64,000 nt of DNA, from NCBI GenBank assembly GCA_963665665.1, contig OY762428.1, forward strand, positions 4,832,001 through 4,896,000. The letters are read 5' to 3'. A program made the translations under genes and the position numbers. Each line of letters begins with the position of its first letter. Position 1 is the first letter of the stretch. Below the pieces are notes generated by a model. It was given only the letters and a program-made list of their open reading frames with translations, was not told where the DNA came from and made no database searches. Below are positions 60,269-64,000 of the stretch, in pieces. This DNA comes from Candidatus Kapaibacterium sp. (GTDB lineage: Bacteria; Bacteroidota; Ignavibacteria; Kapaibacteriales; UBA2268).

Positions 60269-61387
60269 ATGACAATGGAGAACACAATGCGTAAATTTTT
60301 ATTTTTAGCTTTATTTACAGGAATGATTCTATCGTCATGCGATGATTCGGTTCCGCTGGAAAACAATCATCAGAAAGATCCTATAGTTGAAGAACCTGAT
60401 ATCATCCTTACAGAAGTTAATGGTGACGACAGGAATATTCTTACAATTTGCGAAGACGGCAGCAACAAGACAACCCTTATAGAAGGTGCTTCGATCATGT
60501 CAGCGCCTGTGGACGGTAAAATTGTTTACGTGAAGTATGATACTGACATCAATAGTGGCTGTAAAATTATTTATTCGGATATGGATGGCGAAAATTCAGT
60601 TGAACTTTTGTCTTATCCTGCATCAATGAAGAATGTCCATGCTAAATTATCTCCTCGGGGCGATAAAGTAGTTTACTGGCATGAAGCAGACCCGCTTTCT
60701 GAAATCGGGATGATAGATGTTGACGGAACAAACCAGATACACCTTGCTGATATGGGATATATTTATTGCAATCCACAATTCTCCCCCGACGGGAACCAGA
60801 TAGCATACTTTGATTCTGAATTCTGGGTATCAACCCAGAATCCTCGTAAGTTTGTAGATATTAAAATTATTAATACAAACGACGGCAGCAAATCCGGCAC
60901 CGACTATTCATGGATGAATTATCAGTTTCGCCCTGCGATTACTTTGTCCTGGAGTAGCGATAATTACCATCTTGTTACATCCGGCAGGTTCGGATCATCC
61001 GGTTCTGTTCAGGAAGTTACAATTCTTCAAAATGACAGTAGCGGATGGAATAATATAACAACCAACAATATGGATATATGTGAGTTAGGAACTTTGTGGT
61101 CTCCGGATAATGATAAGATTATCTGGGGCAACAATTTCGGCGACCTAAATGTCAACACTTTCTCCGGCCAAAATCAACTTGGGATTAATTCCGGAGATGG
61201 TGGCGTTCTTATACCACAGGCATGGAATGCCACAAGCACGAAGGTACTGTATCTTCAAACCATGTCAAATCACGATGATAATCCCTGGGATTATTTCGGA
61301 ATTCTGAAAATATTTGATATTAGCAATAATTCAAGCAGCAGTGTTATGGGGGATTACGGAACAGAATATGCATTCTGGATAGAATAA
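60269..61387 (+). CDS. Lipoprotein with TolB-like (PD40) beta-propeller
   Basis: Lipobox LSSC; LSPRGDKVVY, PQFSPDGNQIAY, WSSDNYHL, WSPDNDKI repeats. Confidence 0.82.
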   Translation: MTMENTMRKFLFLALFTGMILSSCDDSVPLENNHQKDPIVEEPDIILTEVNGDDRNILTICEDGSNKTTLIEGASIMSAPVDGKIVYVKYDTDINSGCKIIYSDMDGENSVELLSYPASMKNVHAKLSPRGDKVVYWHEADPLSEIGMIDVDGTNQIHLADMGYIYCNPQFSPDGNQIAYFDSEFWVSTQNPRKFVDIKIINTNDGSKSGTDYSWMNYQFRPAITLSWSSDNYHLVTSGRFGSSGSVQEVTILQNDSSGWNNITTNNMDICELGTLWSPDNDKIIWGNNFGDLNVNTFSGQNQLGINSGDGGVLIPQAWNATSTKVLYLQTMSNHDDNPWDYFGILKIFDISNNSSSSVMGDYGTEYAFWIE

Positions 61388-61397
61388 TGCTTTAAAA

Positions 61398-61432
61398 AAC
61401 ACCTCCGATAACAGTAGGTCATCGGAGGTGTT
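61398..61432. terminator. Hairpin between convergent genes
   Basis: AACACCTCCGAT...ATCGGAGGTGTT. Confidence 0.7.
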
Positions 61433-61456
61433 ATAAATAATCCCAATTACAATTTT

Positions 61457-62731
61457 TTATTTATCAGCTTCACCCATTACCGGGTCGATTGAACCGATGG
61501 CAAGGATAACGTCGGCAATCATCGAGCCTTTTACCATTTCCGGCAGGCTTTGCAGGTTGGCTGCCGATGGTGAGCGTATTTTCATTTTCCAGGGGTGGCC
61601 GGAGCCGTCGGATACTATGAAAAAGCCAAGCTCTCCCTTGGGGGCTTCGATAGCAGTGTAGGTTTCGCCTTTTGGGGGCGGCGCTCCGAAATTGATAAGC
61701 ATGAAGTCAGAGATAAGCTCTTCCATCTTTGTATAAACTTCTTTCTTGCGGGGTAGGGCTGCTTTTGGAGATTTTGCAATTATATCGCCCTTTGGCATCT
61801 GATCCAGAACCTGGTAAATGATCTTCAGTGATTCATACATTTCCTTAATTCTAACCATGTAACGCGCCCAAACGTCTCCCTCGGGATATGTTATAACGTC
61901 GAAATCAAGTTTGTCGTAAACCAGGTATGGCTCATCACGTCTAAGGTCATGAGCAACTCCCGAACCGCGAAGGGTGGGGCCTGTAATACCAAGCTGAATT
62001 GCTTTCTCTGCGCTTAAAATACAATTTCCGGCAAGGCGGTCGATAAATATCCTGTTGCGGTGAACCAGTTTTTCGAAATAAGCCATTTCCCCGGGGAACT
62101 GATCGGCCCAGTCTCTTATCATACCAAGGGTGCGGTCGTCAATATCGTTCGATACTCCGCCAATCCGGGTATAGCTTGTTGTAAACCTTGCGCCGCAGAT
62201 AAGCTCAAATATATCGTAAAGTTTCTCTCTTTCGGTAAAAGTCCAGAGCAGTATTGTCAATGCCCCGGCATCCATACATGTGGAACCCATAGCCATCAGG
62301 TGAGAGGATATCCTGGCAAGCTCTGCCACGAGTACCCTTATCCATTTTGCTCTTTCGGGAATATCCAGCCCAATTGCCGTCTCAATAGCCTGTGCCACAG
62401 CAACGTTGTTCGATAGTGGCGACAAGTAGTCAAGCCTGTCTGTGTGCGGGATGAATTCATGGTATGTAACATTTTCGGCAAGTTTTTCAAAACCGCGATG
62501 CAGGTAGCCAAGTTCGGGTACACAGTTAATAACTGTTTCGCCGTCAAGCCTGAGAAGTACCCTTAGCACACCGTGCGTTGCCGGGTGCTGCGGCCCCATG
62601 TTAAGCACCATATCATTTTCAAGTGCATCGTCAAATATTAGTTCAGTATCTTTGTCAAGAAGTTCACGATAAATTTTTTCTTGTCTGATCTTGTTAATTT
62701 TATCAACTTCTGCGTTGGTTCTGACGTTCAT
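61457..62731 (-). CDS. nuoD: NADH-quinone oxidoreductase subunit D
   Basis: LNMGPQHPATHGVLR, GYLHRGFEK, DRLDY, EAPKGE, KIRSPS, GSIDPVMGEADK; no NiFe CxxC ligands. Confidence 0.95.
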   Translation of the reverse strand: MNVRTNAEVDKINKIRQEKIYRELLDKDTELIFDDALENDMVLNMGPQHPATHGVLRVLLRLDGETVINCVPELGYLHRGFEKLAENVTYHEFIPHTDRLDYLSPLSNNVAVAQAIETAIGLDIPERAKWIRVLVAELARISSHLMAMGSTCMDAGALTILLWTFTEREKLYDIFELICGARFTTSYTRIGGVSNDIDDRTLGMIRDWADQFPGEMAYFEKLVHRNRIFIDRLAGNCILSAEKAIQLGITGPTLRGSGVAHDLRRDEPYLVYDKLDFDVITYPEGDVWARYMVRIKEMYESLKIIYQVLDQMPKGDIIAKSPKAALPRKKEVYTKMEELISDFMLINFGAPPPKGETYTAIEAPKGELGFFIVSDGSGHPWKMKIRSPSAANLQSLPEMVKGSMIADVILAIGSIDPVMGEADK

Positions 62732-62899
62732 AGTGACTCCGGAAGAGGTTCAGAATATCATTAATTCGGGTAAGCAAAACATATTGCCGAAAATTCCCCT
62801 TTCATATCCATTAAAATAAATAAGATTCATGGCAATAGCAAAAAATAAAAAGAAAAATGATATTTTGTAATATATTTTTTTTCAATACGGCTATAAGAT

Positions 62900-63934
62900 A
62901 TGACTGAAGCTATACTTTACGAACCCGGCAGCAACAAATCAATACATTGCAAAATGTGCGCCCACTATTGTAATATTGAAAATGGTGATAAAGGAAAATG
63001 CCTTACAAGGGAAAATATTGACGGGAGGTTATATACACTCAGCTATGGGGCTTCCACGGGTTTTGCTGTCGATCCTATCGAAAAAAAGCCATTCTATCAT
63101 TTTCGGCCGGGAACTAAGGCTTTGTCTTTCGGTACTCAGGGTTGTAATTTTACATGTAAAAATTGCCAGAACTGGACCATGAGCCAGGGATTGAGAATTG
63201 AGAATCTGAAATCAGAGAAAAAAATAACCGAACCGGAAGAAATTGTAATTGCAGCGCGAAATCGAGGTATTGAAAATATTGCTTACACCTATTCCGAGCC
63301 GGCAATATTTTTTGAATATGCCAGGGATATTGCTAAAACCGCAAGAAGTACCGGTGGATGTGATGATATATCTCACGTTTTTATATCTAACGGATTCTAT
63401 TCAAATGAATTAACTGATATGATAATTGGCGAGAATCTTGCCGACGCGATTAATATCGACCTGAAATTTATGGATGACAAAAAATATCGTGATATTTGCG
63501 GTGGCAGGCTGAAGCCTGTGCTGAAAAGTATTGAAAGAATTTTCGAATCGGGAATACATCTTGAAGTGATTAACCTTGTTATCCCCGGCGAGAACGACAG
63601 CGATGATGATATTCAAAGACTCATAGATTTTATAGGAGCTGTCTCGCCTGAAATTCCATTACACTTCAGCCGGTTTTACCCCCAATATGAAATGGCAGAA
63701 TATCCACCTACTGCAATTATTAAACTGGAGAGAGCATATAATAAGGCTGTTGAATCAGGGCTTAGGCATGTTTTTGTCGGGAATGCAGATATTCCGGGAA
63801 CAAAAGATACTATATGCCCGTCTTGTGGAAAAACTCTGATAAAAAGAAACTGGTCGGGAATAATTATCAATGAAATTCAGCAGGGAAGTAAAGCCTGCCC
63901 TTATTGTGGTTATGATCTGTATATTAAGGGGTAA
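62900..63934 (+). CDS. amrS: AmmeMemoRadiSam system radical SAM enzyme
   Basis: C..CAHYC..G.C..REN N-terminus, DPIEKKPFYHF, GCNFTCKNCQNW, YTYSEP, PLHFSRFYP, C-terminal CPSCG/CPYCG. Confidence 0.92.
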   Translation: MTEAILYEPGSNKSIHCKMCAHYCNIENGDKGKCLTRENIDGRLYTLSYGASTGFAVDPIEKKPFYHFRPGTKALSFGTQGCNFTCKNCQNWTMSQGLRIENLKSEKKITEPEEIVIAARNRGIENIAYTYSEPAIFFEYARDIAKTARSTGGCDDISHVFISNGFYSNELTDMIIGENLADAINIDLKFMDDKKYRDICGGRLKPVLKSIERIFESGIHLEVINLVIPGENDSDDDIQRLIDFIGAVSPEIPLHFSRFYPQYEMAEYPPTAIIKLERAYNKAVESGLRHVFVGNADIPGTKDTICPSCGKTLIKRNWSGIIINEIQQGSKACPYCGYDLYIKG

Positions 63935-64000
63935 GATTCAATTTATATGTATCATAGATAAAGTCTATCAAACTGTCGAACCGGCCAATTTCAGTTTTTA

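Noticed and set aside
61457-62731. Group 4 NiFe hydrogenase large subunit
   Set aside because: It lacks both CxxC Ni-binding motifs and has NuoD quinone-site motifs

Overview
AT-rich chromosomal window, most likely from a Bacteroidota/Chlorobiota-group organism (Ignavibacteria/Kapabacteria-like; inferred from five proteins ending in type IX secretion (T9SS) C-terminal sorting domains). Housekeeping genes: deoC, lptB, htrA/degP, priA, folP, ruvC, yebC, trmH, an orphan nuoD, amrS. Signalling: a cheA-cheW-cheR-cheB cluster with a dual-HPt CheA, no chemoreceptor and a sensorless hybrid kinase; a three-kinase operon; a TPR kinase; two ECF sigma operons. Secreted proteins include two CotH-kinase/lamin-tail proteins and a 1512-aa protein with a near-identical 1035-bp internal tandem duplication. 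Best candidate for an undescribed system: the ECF operon at 37084-40374, where the gene in the anti-sigma position encodes a short N-terminal domain, one TM helix, a disordered linker and a C-terminal T9SS sorting domain. This suggests a secretion-coupled anti-sigma factor. A second ECF operon (58507-61387) parallels it, with an anti-sigma ending in an outer-membrane beta-barrel (Dma/Reo-like). Also notable: a putative sigma54 promoter with paired palindromes driving a DxDGDGxCD triple-repeat protein plus a beta-barrel, an 11x21-bp intergenic array, a Cys-rich secreted gene broken by one in-frame TAA, and REP-like palindromes. I recognised no tRNA, rRNA, CRISPR array or transposase. All calls come from motif recognition by eye, with no database searches.
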